From the IMG/VR virus record IMGVR_UViG_3300020037_002952, positions 32,001 to 96,000 of that record: 64,000 nt of DNA. The stretch is one strand, 5' to 3'. Origin of the DNA: a virus (lineage: Duplodnaviria; Caudoviricetes). Positions 46,285 through 55,744 of this stretch are shown here, piece after piece. The notes beneath the pieces were generated by a model. The model was not told where the DNA came from and made no database searches. It saw only the letters and a program-made list of their open reading frames with translations. The number at the start of each line of letters is the position of its first letter. Within the stretch, counting starts at the first letter, position 1. Both the position numbers and the translations under genes were made by a program.

Positions 46285-46850
46285 GAATGAGCACTCTTCA
46301 AAACACAAACCTGTGAGTATCCATCAGACGGAACATCTACTCCGCCAGCTTTCTTTCCAGTGAAGCATAGCCCTTGGATAATTGTTCCATCTGCTACAGT
46401 AATAACGTCAGCTTTAATAGTTGAACTAAGATTAAGACTTGTAACAAACCTAGCTGCCCTCTCCCGATAATCAGGAGAAGACGATTGATCAGCATGGACA
46501 ACGATTAGAGTCCTATGTGATCTTGGGGGTGAGTTAAGAATAGGACCCTTAAACCCATTGTCTAATTTCTCTTTAAGAATCTGAAAATTCTTGATTGCAT
46601 CATTTTCTGCCATAACTTCTTCTTCTTTCGTCGGGTATGCAATATAGTTTGCTAACGGATGGTTTTTGGTGTAATAAGTGTTTGATGCATTTATCCACTC
46701 TGATGGTCCCTTATAATCGCCGTAAGATACTGAGGCTTTTGCTATACCATCTAATGTTAGCCATTTAGTTGGGGTTACGTCAGACTCTGTAGCCACCCAT
46801 GCCACTCCAATGCCTTCTTCTTTTTCTTCTTCGTTTATGTTGTCTTCCAT
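46281..46850 (-). CDS. Hypothetical protein
   Basis: Packed ORF. Confidence 0.6.
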   Translation of the reverse strand: MEDNINEEEKEEGIGVAWVATESDVTPTKWLTLDGIAKASVSYGDYKGPSEWINASNTYYTKNHPLANYIAYPTKEEEVMAENDAIKNFQILKEKLDNGFKGPILNSPPRSHRTLIVVHADQSSSPDYRERAARFVTSLNLSSTIKADVITVADGTIIQGLCFTGKKAGGVDVPSDGYSQVCVLKSAHS

Positions 46851-47674
46851 AAGTCTAATACTTTCTTTCTTAGATTCCGTAAGCTGCTATGAGTTATATC
46901 CATATTGAGAGCTTCAGAATAATGATGGAGACGATCAGATAGATAGTTAATCTCTTTGCTCCAATCGTTCAACTTTTTCGCCGAAGGATTCGACCCTCCA
47001 GCTTCAACAAGACGAACAAGATCTGAAACTTGGATATCAAGATATTCTTTTAAAGCTGCTGATACCATTTCTTTTTGTTCTACTGTGTTAACCAATGGAG
47101 CCATTAATACTTTAGCACCTTCGATGCTGTTGATCATCTCGGCCAGAGCCTTCAGTCCACTATACTCGCTTTCCGTGACAAAGTAAACCCCGCCGCCCTG
47201 TTTTACTAAGACGCCTCTCAGGTTATCCTCAATAGCTTTACGCGCCGCCTCACGAATAGGTAGACTGTGAATAGAATAACGATAAGTGTCAATGAAGTCA
47301 GAAACTTGAAACTTCACAATTTCTGTATACGAAACACAGTCGTCATAAGAAAGCCATGTTAGCTCGCCATCTGCCTTACTCATGGTGGCACTAGCAACAG
47401 CTTCTGTTTTACTAGCGCTGGATCGAACAAGATCTCTCTTAACGTAGAGTTTATCGAAACCTTGATCAATCATTCTATAGCGCCAACTACCTTGTGTCCC
47501 GTCGATACTCTCGCAAGCTCGACGGAACACATTCACTAGCTTTGGCTCTTTAACCAATTTCACTGGCGCTTTAGTTTTTCGAGCCAGTTTATTAAATGCC
47601 TTATAGTCGGTAATTGTTTCTTGCGAAACATTATACCAAACTAAATAGCCGATAGAGTCAATGTTATTTTTCAT
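46835..47674 (-). CDS. DUF6744-like protein
   Basis: IGYLVWYNV, FRRAC, GGGVYFV motifs recalled for this phage family. Confidence 0.6.
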   Translation of the reverse strand: MKNNIDSIGYLVWYNVSQETITDYKAFNKLARKTKAPVKLVKEPKLVNVFRRACESIDGTQGSWRYRMIDQGFDKLYVKRDLVRSSASKTEAVASATMSKADGELTWLSYDDCVSYTEIVKFQVSDFIDTYRYSIHSLPIREAARKAIEDNLRGVLVKQGGGVYFVTESEYSGLKALAEMINSIEGAKVLMAPLVNTVEQKEMVSAALKEYLDIQVSDLVRLVEAGGSNPSAKKLNDWSKEINYLSDRLHHYSEALNMDITHSSLRNLRKKVLDLWKTT

Positions 47675-47751
47675 CTATCTCCTTTTCATCCCTTCTATAA
47701 AACACCATACACAAAATCCAAAAACGAATGTATAAGCGAATAGCATACTAT

Positions 47752-49701
47752 TTAAATTTTCCCCGTAACGTATTTGTAGTAAAGGAAAGTCATCTTATTA
47801 GCAAGTAGTTTGCCCTGTTCAATTGTAAAGTCCTTTGGTAGGTATCCTGAATAACAAGTCAGTGCATATCCACTATTAAAATCCAATGTGAATTTAATGA
47901 ATTTACCCTTGTTATGTTCTTCTAACATTAGGTTAGAAACTTTATATCCAACTTTAGGAGTCTTACCCGTGTACGCATCGATACTAGAGTCAGGCTTAAT
48001 GGTGTGATTATTTCCAAAAGTCATTGCTTGACTACCCTGTGTTACGGTGTTCATAATCGGCCACAGGTCTGTCGGCTTACCGGAGGAAGTTTCATCAGAC
48101 TTCTTCTTCTTAACAATCTTGCTTGCTTCTGGGAGAAGATCGATCTGTTCCAGAATAAGATATCCAGCATATGCAATAGCGCTAAACCAAGCATAGCCAG
48201 CCTTGTAGATATCCTTGGTTTTATATTTCACACCAAGTCCATTGATTAAGCCCTGCACCACAAAGGTATTTCCATCGCCAGACCACGTAGTGACACCGTA
48301 ACACTTTGCGTCAACTTCCTCTGGTATTTTCCCTCCGTAAAAGACTGGATCAATATTAATATACCCAATGGAAAGACTGGGCATGTCTACACCACCAACC
48401 CACTTACTCACGCCTTCGGGCAATGGATCTAGATTATGATAGACATGGGACTTGCCTTGTTGGAAAGACAAGTCGAGAGGATCAGGAAAATTTGGCGCTG
48501 GCATTAAATCTAGGTTGTTGAAAGTCCCTAGCTCGGGTGGGTATAGCGTATCAGCAACCTTGTATAGCTTGTCACTATCTTTGTATAGCGTGTCAGCAAC
48601 AATTTTATCATCTTCCTCTTCCCAATTAATTGTAGAAGAAAAAGACTCAACGATTATTGGCTTGGGCTTTTCTTGAATCGCCCCGTCCCATTTTCCCTGG
48701 ACAGCAAACCCAGAATTAGTAGCTAGAGCAAAATAATCACCAAGAAGCTTTTGAACGCCAGTTGAAGCGTGAGCGTGTAGTGTATTAAGATCAACAGGGT
48801 TGGCTGCGTGAGCAGTCAGAACTGTATTCTGCATGTAGTTATCATAGATAGCATCAGTTGAAGCTCCCGAGCGACCTTTACGATGGTTAGCCCAGTTCAA
48901 TTTATTAAGAATACACCCGTTGTTATGTTCCAGCGAGAAAACTCTATCAACAAAAAGTTGCTTAGTAGTAAACTCGTCGGGACCAAGAGTAAATAGCTCT
49001 CTCTCTCGTAGGATGTCGGCAGCGTTTGCCCAAGGAGGACCACAATAACCACCACCACCACACTCTCGGAAATATTTTGCCATTACCGCCAATGCATCCG
49101 GTCCCTCTTTTTCAAAGATATGAAACCATCGCGTCCAAGCAGTACGACGATTACCTCCATAATAGCCGTGGACACCAATAGCTTGATGATGTCGCAACTC
49201 ACCGCCACAAGCGAGGTGAATATATTGACGGAAGGATTCATCAAGAAAGTTCACATGAGTTACAAACTTATCGTTAGCTTCGCCAGCAATTTCTGTAAGT
49301 TTATAGATCGGGTTATTAGTTCTTTCAATAGAGAACTCTTTGATCCTGGTATTGATAACCTTCTTTGTCAACTGCAAAGTTGTCCCCGCTGCCATGACTT
49401 CTTCATTTGATGGGATCACAGATGTATCAAAGTGGACGAAAGAGTTGGTAGAGATACCATAAAGAAGGTAATAATCTGCCGCCGCTACAGCGGGATCAAT
49501 CTTCTCGTTATTGACTCCATTCCAAACCTTTTTCCAGGAGTCTTTCTTACTAGTATCAATAAGCCATTTGTCGTCTAGATGTGACATATCCCAAGGGAAG
49601 TTATATGACGTGCCACCACCTTCCGTTGACTGTTCTTCTTCTGCTTCTTCTAGACATTCCTCGCACTCGCAATAATCATCATCATAATCGTCTTCATGCA
49701 T
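47752..49701 (-). CDS. Large hypothetical protein (GGELRH / GYCGPPW / HNNG motifs), partner of truncated PPDK
   Basis: 649 aa; 8-nt overlap with upstream phosphatase gene; acidic Cys-containing N-terminus. Confidence 0.8.
   Translation of the reverse strand: MHEDDYDDDYCECEECLEEAEEEQSTEGGGTSYNFPWDMSHLDDKWLIDTSKKDSWKKVWNGVNNEKIDPAVAAADYYLLYGISTNSFVHFDTSVIPSNEEVMAAGTTLQLTKKVINTRIKEFSIERTNNPIYKLTEIAGEANDKFVTHVNFLDESFRQYIHLACGGELRHHQAIGVHGYYGGNRRTAWTRWFHIFEKEGPDALAVMAKYFRECGGGGYCGPPWANAADILRERELFTLGPDEFTTKQLFVDRVFSLEHNNGCILNKLNWANHRKGRSGASTDAIYDNYMQNTVLTAHAANPVDLNTLHAHASTGVQKLLGDYFALATNSGFAVQGKWDGAIQEKPKPIIVESFSSTINWEEEDDKIVADTLYKDSDKLYKVADTLYPPELGTFNNLDLMPAPNFPDPLDLSFQQGKSHVYHNLDPLPEGVSKWVGGVDMPSLSIGYINIDPVFYGGKIPEEVDAKCYGVTTWSGDGNTFVVQGLINGLGVKYKTKDIYKAGYAWFSAIAYAGYLILEQIDLLPEASKIVKKKKSDETSSGKPTDLWPIMNTVTQGSQAMTFGNNHTIKPDSSIDAYTGKTPKVGYKVSNLMLEEHNKGKFIKFTLDFNSGYALTCYSGYLPKDFTIEQGKLLANKMTFLYYKYVTGKI
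48538..48600 (-). repeat. Three imperfect 21-nt tandem repeats (VADTLYK DSDKLYK VADTLYP)
   Basis: GTTGCTGACACGCTATACAAA / GATAGTGACAAGCTATACAAG / GTTGCTGATACGCTATACCCA on - strand. Confidence 0.85.
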
Positions 49702-51748
49702 TTGAATCTACCTCTTTGTCTGTGTCAGGAGTATCTTCCTGGAATTCAATAACTTTTGCTTCGTTGTATTCTGCTGGGGTTGGGTAAACCTTTTCGATAA
49801 GATACAAAGTCATCTTACTTTCGTGCTGACTCTGGGTCTTCTTTTTGCGGTAGCCAGCAAGATCCTCTTCCCACCATTTACATTCTTCTTGATGCCAAAT
49901 ACATTCCCTATGATCCATCCGCAACATGGCGAAGTGTTCATATGGTTGACACGTATGGTTAGTATCGTTTGTTAGCTCAACGCCACCATATTCAAGCTCG
50001 TAATCAGACAGCTTATTAACAGCCGCATTCTTAGCCCAAGCCTGTTGGTTCTTACCGTAATCATTAACATCAATAGTAAATCGTTTACAATCCATCTTAT
50101 GCTCACACATTCTGTGACCACGGAGATACATTGCAAGGTGCGTTGTAAGAGTGCAAACCTTAGGATTCTTACTTGCGTTTGGAGTGTATGTAGGAGCAGC
50201 GGGCTCTTCTGGGACAGGAGTCTTAAAGAAGTAACCAGCAGCATAAGCTACAAACCATTCTTGCTTTTTGGTTTCAATAGCGTGTTCACAGTAATTCTTC
50301 CAAACAAACTGATGGCACTCGGTCGCTGAGACTTTGCCATCCTTGGATAGAAGATACATGATAGCTAGAATTGTTCCGGTTCTACCATGAGCGCCGATAC
50401 ATCCGATATCAATATCTTCACCGTTAACAGCACGCTCATAAGCGCTCTTGATCTGCTCTAGCGCCAAATCATAATCGCTGGGCAAGCTCATGTCTGGCCA
50501 AGCGATAAACTCATTACGCCAAGTGCAAATACGGTTCCAACCAGAATCAGCGTACAGTCCAAATCCTGGTTTGATATTCTGAGCTTTCAAACCATGTGAA
50601 TCTCTGCTTGCCGTAGTATGAACAATTACTCCGTTGCCCAATGTTACTTTATGATGGACGTGAGTGCAATTTTTATACCAAGATTGATTAACAGCGCCCG
50701 CATTGTTATTAGGTGTTGTTGTTGACGGTGTTGATGATGCTGACTTTTTCTTTGAGAATGTCTCGTTCGATAGAAGATCGCCGTACTCCTCTTCCCAAGG
50801 ATCGTAAATGTCAAAGTCATCATCATCAAAGTTAGACATATATCCTTTGGAATAATTTGTATTATCATCATCAAAATTGAATGTCTGCTCCTGAGATAGC
50901 TCAAAGATTTTATCTATAATAACATCTTTCTCTACCTGAACATAGGCTAGCTTACGTCGATTTGCATCGTCTTGTGGTAGAGCAGCCTTGTTGTTGAGTT
51001 CGATGATTCGAATTACTTCAGCATATTTCTGAATAAGATCCTGCACTTCATCAAGTCGCTCATCCAACACTGATGTTCCAGCTTGAATAATCTGAAGCTC
51101 TTCTTCAACATCATATTGGATTCGCAACAGGGAACGCAAAGCAGAAACCTCTGGGTCACCCCACTTTTCGTCACTCTTTATTCTTAGGATACCTTGTTCG
51201 ATTGCTCCTAGACGCTCCCATGCTTCTTCGTTATCTTCTTCGTTATCTTCCTCCATATCATCAACCTTATCTACTTCTAAGAAATGGGCAATAGTTTTAT
51301 AAAAGTCTAAAAACTCTTGCGCCTCAAGTCGGATCGCTTTGATCTTATTGCTAAGTGTTTGTGCTTTCGCATCATCTTCTGCATTTTTATGCTCTAGGGT
51401 TAGTTCTGTATCTTCTTTTTGTAATGCGGCTATCTTCGTTGAAAGGAATCGCATGACAGAAGCTGGCTTATCTAGATCTTCTTCATAATTAAATCCAGAA
51501 TACCTTATCCCACTAACCGCCCAAGCCCAACCAGATTCACGTAACCCTTCACGTAGCTTGATGAAAGACGTGTAGTCCTGATCATACAAAATTTTCCAAT
51601 CATTAAAATTAGAAAAAATATCATCGATGGTCGCAGTTTCCACATAGTCATTCTGCAATTTCTTTGCAAGTGCAGCCATTTTACGCTTATGGACGCTTTC
51701 TTGTTTTATTGACCGCTGAGTTTTCTTCTTTGTTGCAGTTGAAGCCAT
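49694..51748 (-). CDS. Multidomain protein with CX5R tyrosine/dual-specificity phosphatase domain
   Basis: WPDMSLP acid loop, IGCIGAHGRTGT P-loop, AIET..Q Q-loop; N-terminal coiled coil; two C-terminal Cys/His repeats; TGATG coupling to upstream gene. Confidence 0.85.
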   Translation of the reverse strand: MASTATKKKTQRSIKQESVHKRKMAALAKKLQNDYVETATIDDIFSNFNDWKILYDQDYTSFIKLREGLRESGWAWAVSGIRYSGFNYEEDLDKPASVMRFLSTKIAALQKEDTELTLEHKNAEDDAKAQTLSNKIKAIRLEAQEFLDFYKTIAHFLEVDKVDDMEEDNEEDNEEAWERLGAIEQGILRIKSDEKWGDPEVSALRSLLRIQYDVEEELQIIQAGTSVLDERLDEVQDLIQKYAEVIRIIELNNKAALPQDDANRRKLAYVQVEKDVIIDKIFELSQEQTFNFDDDNTNYSKGYMSNFDDDDFDIYDPWEEEYGDLLSNETFSKKKSASSTPSTTTPNNNAGAVNQSWYKNCTHVHHKVTLGNGVIVHTTASRDSHGLKAQNIKPGFGLYADSGWNRICTWRNEFIAWPDMSLPSDYDLALEQIKSAYERAVNGEDIDIGCIGAHGRTGTILAIMYLLSKDGKVSATECHQFVWKNYCEHAIETKKQEWFVAYAAGYFFKTPVPEEPAAPTYTPNASKNPKVCTLTTHLAMYLRGHRMCEHKMDCKRFTIDVNDYGKNQQAWAKNAAVNKLSDYELEYGGVELTNDTNHTCQPYEHFAMLRMDHRECIWHQEECKWWEEDLAGYRKKKTQSQHESKMTLYLIEKVYPTPAEYNEAKVIEFQEDTPDTDKEVDSNA

Positions 51749-53259
51749 CACATCCACACTTCCCCGGTCTTGCCGTTGATCTTAATAAGATTGCCGGACT
51801 CATAGGTCTGACCTTTACAAACAAAACCTTCATCTGTAACATCTGTGATTTCTTTGAAGCCAACAACACAGGAAATATCCCATGAGCGAGCAATCACTAC
51901 AGCGTGGCAAACGCCGCCACCCTTAGAAGTGAGGATACCAACAGCATTTTTCATCTGTGGAACATCATCCGGAGCGGTATCTTTTGCTACGTAAATGTAT
52001 GCTTCTTTCGCTGCAAAGTAGGCGTCAGCCTGCTCGTGATTCGTAGCAATTTTACCAACAACACAATTATCTGTTGCGCCTAGACCCTTGCCCACAAAGG
52101 CTAGAGAACCAGGATCTTGTGCTCCTAAGTCAGAAGCAGGAAGCAACTTGATAAATCTTTGGGTTGCTTCTTCTACAGAGATTTCTCCTTCACGATTCAT
52201 GTCAAGAATAGTTCTGACACTAGCATTACGTGATCGCTTAGCTATACGCCACTGGAGAAACCAAAGCTCGCCATTTTCGATCGTAAACTCTACGTCAAGA
52301 ATATCACGATGCTTTTGGTAAAGTTTACCAATACCAGCCTGCAAAGCCTTACCAGCAACAGCAAGATCTTTGTCATGCAGAATGTCGTTGATCGGCTGTA
52401 CGTCATGTGTACCAGCTACAACATCTTCTCCCTGAGCAAGCTTACGATAATCACCATACCACTGCTTTACTCCCGAAGAAGGATTATGAGTAAACACAAC
52501 GCCGGTAGCACTCTGAGGATTCAAGTTACCAAAAACCATCCGTTGCACAGTGGCAGATGTCCCCATCTTATGATCAATTCCCTCAATCTCCCGATACTTG
52601 TAAGCTTTCTCGCCGAACCATGAACTAAAGACTGCATTGCAAGACTCTAGTAACTGAATCTTCGGCGAAGTAGGAAACTGCTCTCCAGTCTCTTCGATAT
52701 AAACATCATCGAAAAGATTGATAACATGCTCAAGTCCTTGGACCGGAAGATCGCTCCCCCAAAAAACAGTTGCAGCATCATAGATATCACTGAATCTCTT
52801 CGGCGCAATCCCCTTCACTGTAACGCCATACATTTGGATAAGTCGGCGGTAACAGTCAAGTCCAAATTCTGGAGTCGCTTTATAATACTCAACAAAGTTG
52901 TCAAGATTATCAAGCGTCAAACCAATGTTGAGGATAGTATCCATCATCCCTGGCATGGAGATTGGTGCGCCCGATCGAACAGAAACAATAAGCGGTGGCT
53001 TAGAATTGGTTGTTCCCCAACCAAGCCCAGAATTCTGAGCGAGATATCGAATATGAGAATCCAATGAATAAGCAAAGTTACTATGCTCGTCATACTTTTC
53101 TCCATTAGAAAAATCACGCATGAAACAATTTGAAACTAGGGCGGTAAAAGCTGGAGGAACCTTAAACCCAGCCTTTACCATTTGATTAAGATTTGCTGCC
53201 TTGCCTCCAACATCTGCGTTTGAAAGATTTGACAAACCATCTAGCGTAACAATACTCAT
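51748..53259 (-). CDS. Truncated pyruvate phosphate dikinase-like protein (ATP-grasp + phosphohistidine domain only)
   Basis: GGKAANL, VPPAF, VSVRSGAPISMPGMMDTILNIG, VQRMVFGN, AQGEDVVAG, DVEFTIENG.LW.LQ.R, GILTSKGGGVCHAVVIAR; ends after INGKTGEV with no TIM barrel. Confidence 0.92.
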   Translation of the reverse strand: MSIVTLDGLSNLSNADVGGKAANLNQMVKAGFKVPPAFTALVSNCFMRDFSNGEKYDEHSNFAYSLDSHIRYLAQNSGLGWGTTNSKPPLIVSVRSGAPISMPGMMDTILNIGLTLDNLDNFVEYYKATPEFGLDCYRRLIQMYGVTVKGIAPKRFSDIYDAATVFWGSDLPVQGLEHVINLFDDVYIEETGEQFPTSPKIQLLESCNAVFSSWFGEKAYKYREIEGIDHKMGTSATVQRMVFGNLNPQSATGVVFTHNPSSGVKQWYGDYRKLAQGEDVVAGTHDVQPINDILHDKDLAVAGKALQAGIGKLYQKHRDILDVEFTIENGELWFLQWRIAKRSRNASVRTILDMNREGEISVEEATQRFIKLLPASDLGAQDPGSLAFVGKGLGATDNCVVGKIATNHEQADAYFAAKEAYIYVAKDTAPDDVPQMKNAVGILTSKGGGVCHAVVIARSWDISCVVGFKEITDVTDEGFVCKGQTYESGNLIKINGKTGEVWM

Positions 53260-53534
53260 TCTTCATCACCTTCTTTATTCATCATCTGAAGATTCGTTGA
53301 CATAAAATACTTCTCTAGAGCTTCCTTCGGATCTTTCTCGCCCGTAACAGCGGCAGAAAAGTAGAAGAAGTGCAGGAACCATCTGATGTTCCAGCGTAGA
53401 ATTCTTTGCAGATCTTCTCTCGTGTAATCAGCGTATAGCATTTCTCTTGTCTCTTTATCATCCTGAGACATCGCTGTGATTATCTCCATGAGAGCATGAA
53501 TTGCTTCTTCTTCTGTCTTAAGTGTTAGTGCCAT
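53256..53534 (-). CDS. Hypothetical protein
   Basis: ATGA-coupled to PPDK-like gene. Confidence 0.7.
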   Translation of the reverse strand: MALTLKTEEEAIHALMEIITAMSQDDKETREMLYADYTREDLQRILRWNIRWFLHFFYFSAAVTGEKDPKEALEKYFMSTNLQMMNKEGDEE

Positions 53535-53537
53535 GAT

Positions 53538-53867
53538 CTATTCCTCTTCGTCATTGTGCCCGAGAGCATTCAAAATATCTAGCATGTGATTTTCGTAGTC
53601 GGTCCTCGTGACTATAGTCGTTGTACCGAGAGAAGCAAGTCGCTCCCTGAGAATGCTCTCAGCATTGGCTCGTCGCTGGGGTTTAGAAATAATTGCTTCA
53701 GGAGTCTTAATTCCAAACTTATGAAAAACTTCAGCAGAAGTTAGACCGGAGAAATTTCCAATAGGAACAACTCCGGTATCTCGAACGCTTACGAGAGCGG
53801 CTTTCCAAAGATCACCATCTTCTGACACTTGAACTTTCACTGTATGCAATGCTTCTAGAATTGTCAT
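53538..53867 (-). CDS. Hypothetical protein
   Basis: Packed ORF. Confidence 0.7.
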   Translation of the reverse strand: MTILEALHTVKVQVSEDGDLWKAALVSVRDTGVVPIGNFSGLTSAEVFHKFGIKTPEAIISKPQRRANAESILRERLASLGTTTIVTRTDYENHMLDILNALGHNDEEE

Positions 53868-54289
53868 AGTAAATCATCTCCAAAATCTACATCGTCGTAA
53901 TCACCATAATCTTCGTAATCGTATTCTTCATCATCTTCAATATCATCATCGTAAAAATATCCTTGGTCTGGACAATTCTCCGATGGCAGATAATTTTCGT
54001 AGATTGCATTCTCATTAAAGGAAAACTTTAATGGAAATTCGATAAATTCACCACTAAAATGAAGAGCAATACCCTGATCCCGGCCAGCGGTATTCCCTAG
54101 TCCATTAGCCTCAGCTAGCCAAACGTATGCGTCAACCCCACCAAAGTCTCCATAGCCTTCATAATTGTCTTCTTTAATTGATGGTTCCCCATTAGGCTGT
54201 AGAAGATAAACAGTCTTTGCTCCACGAGAAGAGAACTGATTGGAAATACTTTCATTTGTATCACACGTCATCCAACTAAAAAATCCCAT
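53864..54289 (-). CDS. Conserved phage hypothetical protein with acidic tail
   Basis: MGFFSW...YEGYGDFGGVD...DQGYF. Confidence 0.75.
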   Translation of the reverse strand: MGFFSWMTCDTNESISNQFSSRGAKTVYLLQPNGEPSIKEDNYEGYGDFGGVDAYVWLAEANGLGNTAGRDQGIALHFSGEFIEFPLKFSFNENAIYENYLPSENCPDQGYFYDDDIEDDEEYDYEDYGDYDDVDFGDDLL

Positions 54290-54702
54290 TAGTTGCTCGT
54301 TTCTGGTAGGTAGTGAAGAGTGTATGTTAGATACGTAACAAATTTATCAAGACTAACAAATCTGGTGCCATAGGTGTTCTTCGGACCTTCTGATGTTACA
54401 ATAATTTCAACAAGGCAGCCAAGGCTGGTCTTATAGCTAAAAATAGAACCGAGGGGTAGGTTTTGAAGTTCTTTAGCAGGGACAATTCGCCCGACTTTCA
54501 AAGACTCCGGTGGGGTTTCTGGCAAATACTGAACCGTATAATCAATGGAGTATGGAAGTTCAAGGTGTAGCTTTAGATCGAATGCATCCCAACCCAACTT
54601 AGTGCTAATCCAAGTTTTCTTCCCGCAAGTAATAATGCTTCCAATGGGGAAGCCGTCAACATTTGTCATTGTGTCCCCGACCTTAGTGTCTTTGTTATAC
54701 AT
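54289..54702 (-). CDS. Hypothetical protein, two-repeat 'LP..YLP' paralog family
   Basis: KVGD...FPIGSII...VQYLPE / KVGR...LPLGSIF...LHYLPE. Confidence 0.7.
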   Translation of the reverse strand: MYNKDTKVGDTMTNVDGFPIGSIITCGKKTWISTKLGWDAFDLKLHLELPYSIDYTVQYLPETPPESLKVGRIVPAKELQNLPLGSIFSYKTSLGCLVEIIVTSEGPKNTYGTRFVSLDKFVTYLTYTLHYLPETSN

Positions 54703-55744
54703 TTTGCTCCTTAGGTTCTAGTTGTTTCCAAATCATTTTGCTATAATCTTTCCCATCTAACATTGCAAACAGGATGGATTTGTTATCTTTCTTCACTGCT
54801 TTTTGGGCAAACTTTTTGCGGCTTGTTTTAAACTCACGAAGATCATGGAAGTCTAGTTTCGCCTGAGCTTCAATCTCCGAATAAGCAAAGGTTAAATCAG
54901 TTTGGATCTGATGTACCAGTTCATAAAACTCATCTGGTACAGTATCAAGAACTTTAAGAAAATCAATTCCTTCACTCATCGCCGCCCAAACTTTCTTCGG
55001 CGAGAAGTTCGTAATGATTCCGTGGAGCCGAACGTACTCTTCTTCTTTCAGTTTCAAAAGTTGAAGTCCATCCTTCGGGTCAAGGAATCTAAACACGTAT
55101 CCTTCAAGGTTTCTTGGCGGTGCCTGAACAGCTTCCTCGATATTTCTGTACTCGAAAACTTCCGTTCTTCTACCATTCCAACCGTCTAACATTGGATTAT
55201 TCGGCCCTAGGATTGTTCCGGTGAGTATATCTACTCCACATAAAAGTACCAAATCTTCATAATTATAATTGATTACGATTCGATTTTGCTTGTATATGAT
55301 CTCAAATATTGGCGTTAGGTTTGCCGGGAATGTGTGGTCTATGGTGCGAATTTTAGTTGTCGCCCAGATAGCCTGCTCTGAACTAAAGGACCCCCTCGTA
55401 GCTATAGAGGGTTGTCCATTAGAGTCAAGATAATAAATCCCACAAGATCCATCAAGCTTATCTGTGACTTCCACGGGAGAATTATAATTTACCACGAATG
55501 GCTGTGGCTCAGACAAGTTAAAGAATTTCTTAATTGGTCTAGCTTTAATTTCTAAGCTTCCATCTAGGGCGTAGATTAGACCCCTAGATTGCAATGTTTC
55601 TGGCGTCCAAATTCTTTCATACGAGGCTTTAGCTGTATAGTTTGCTATAACAAGCTCTTCTTTTTCATGTTTCCTTATCGTAATATACCCTTCTCGGACG
55701 AATTCATGGAACTTGTCTATATCAAGTATTTCATTAAGTTTCAT
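54695..55744 (-). CDS. RNA ligase, T4 Rnl1 family
   Basis: NYT, SRGLI, ARPIKKFFN, DKLDGS, ATRGSF.SEQA, FEIIY..NRIV, EGYV, KLK.EEY. Confidence 0.93.
   Translation of the reverse strand: MKLNEILDIDKFHEFVREGYITIRKHEKEELVIANYTAKASYERIWTPETLQSRGLIYALDGSLEIKARPIKKFFNLSEPQPFVVNYNSPVEVTDKLDGSCGIYYLDSNGQPSIATRGSFSSEQAIWATTKIRTIDHTFPANLTPIFEIIYKQNRIVINYNYEDLVLLCGVDILTGTILGPNNPMLDGWNGRRTEVFEYRNIEEAVQAPPRNLEGYVFRFLDPKDGLQLLKLKEEEYVRLHGIITNFSPKKVWAAMSEGIDFLKVLDTVPDEFYELVHQIQTDLTFAYSEIEAQAKLDFHDLREFKTSRKKFAQKAVKKDNKSILFAMLDGKDYSKMIWKQLEPKEQNV

Noticed and set aside
51748-53259. PPDK as an auxiliary metabolic gene or as a pseudogene
   Set aside because: It lacks the pyruvate-binding barrel, so it is not a complete PPDK. 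No barrel remnant follows, the motifs are intact and the stop is coupled to the next gene, so it does not look like decay.
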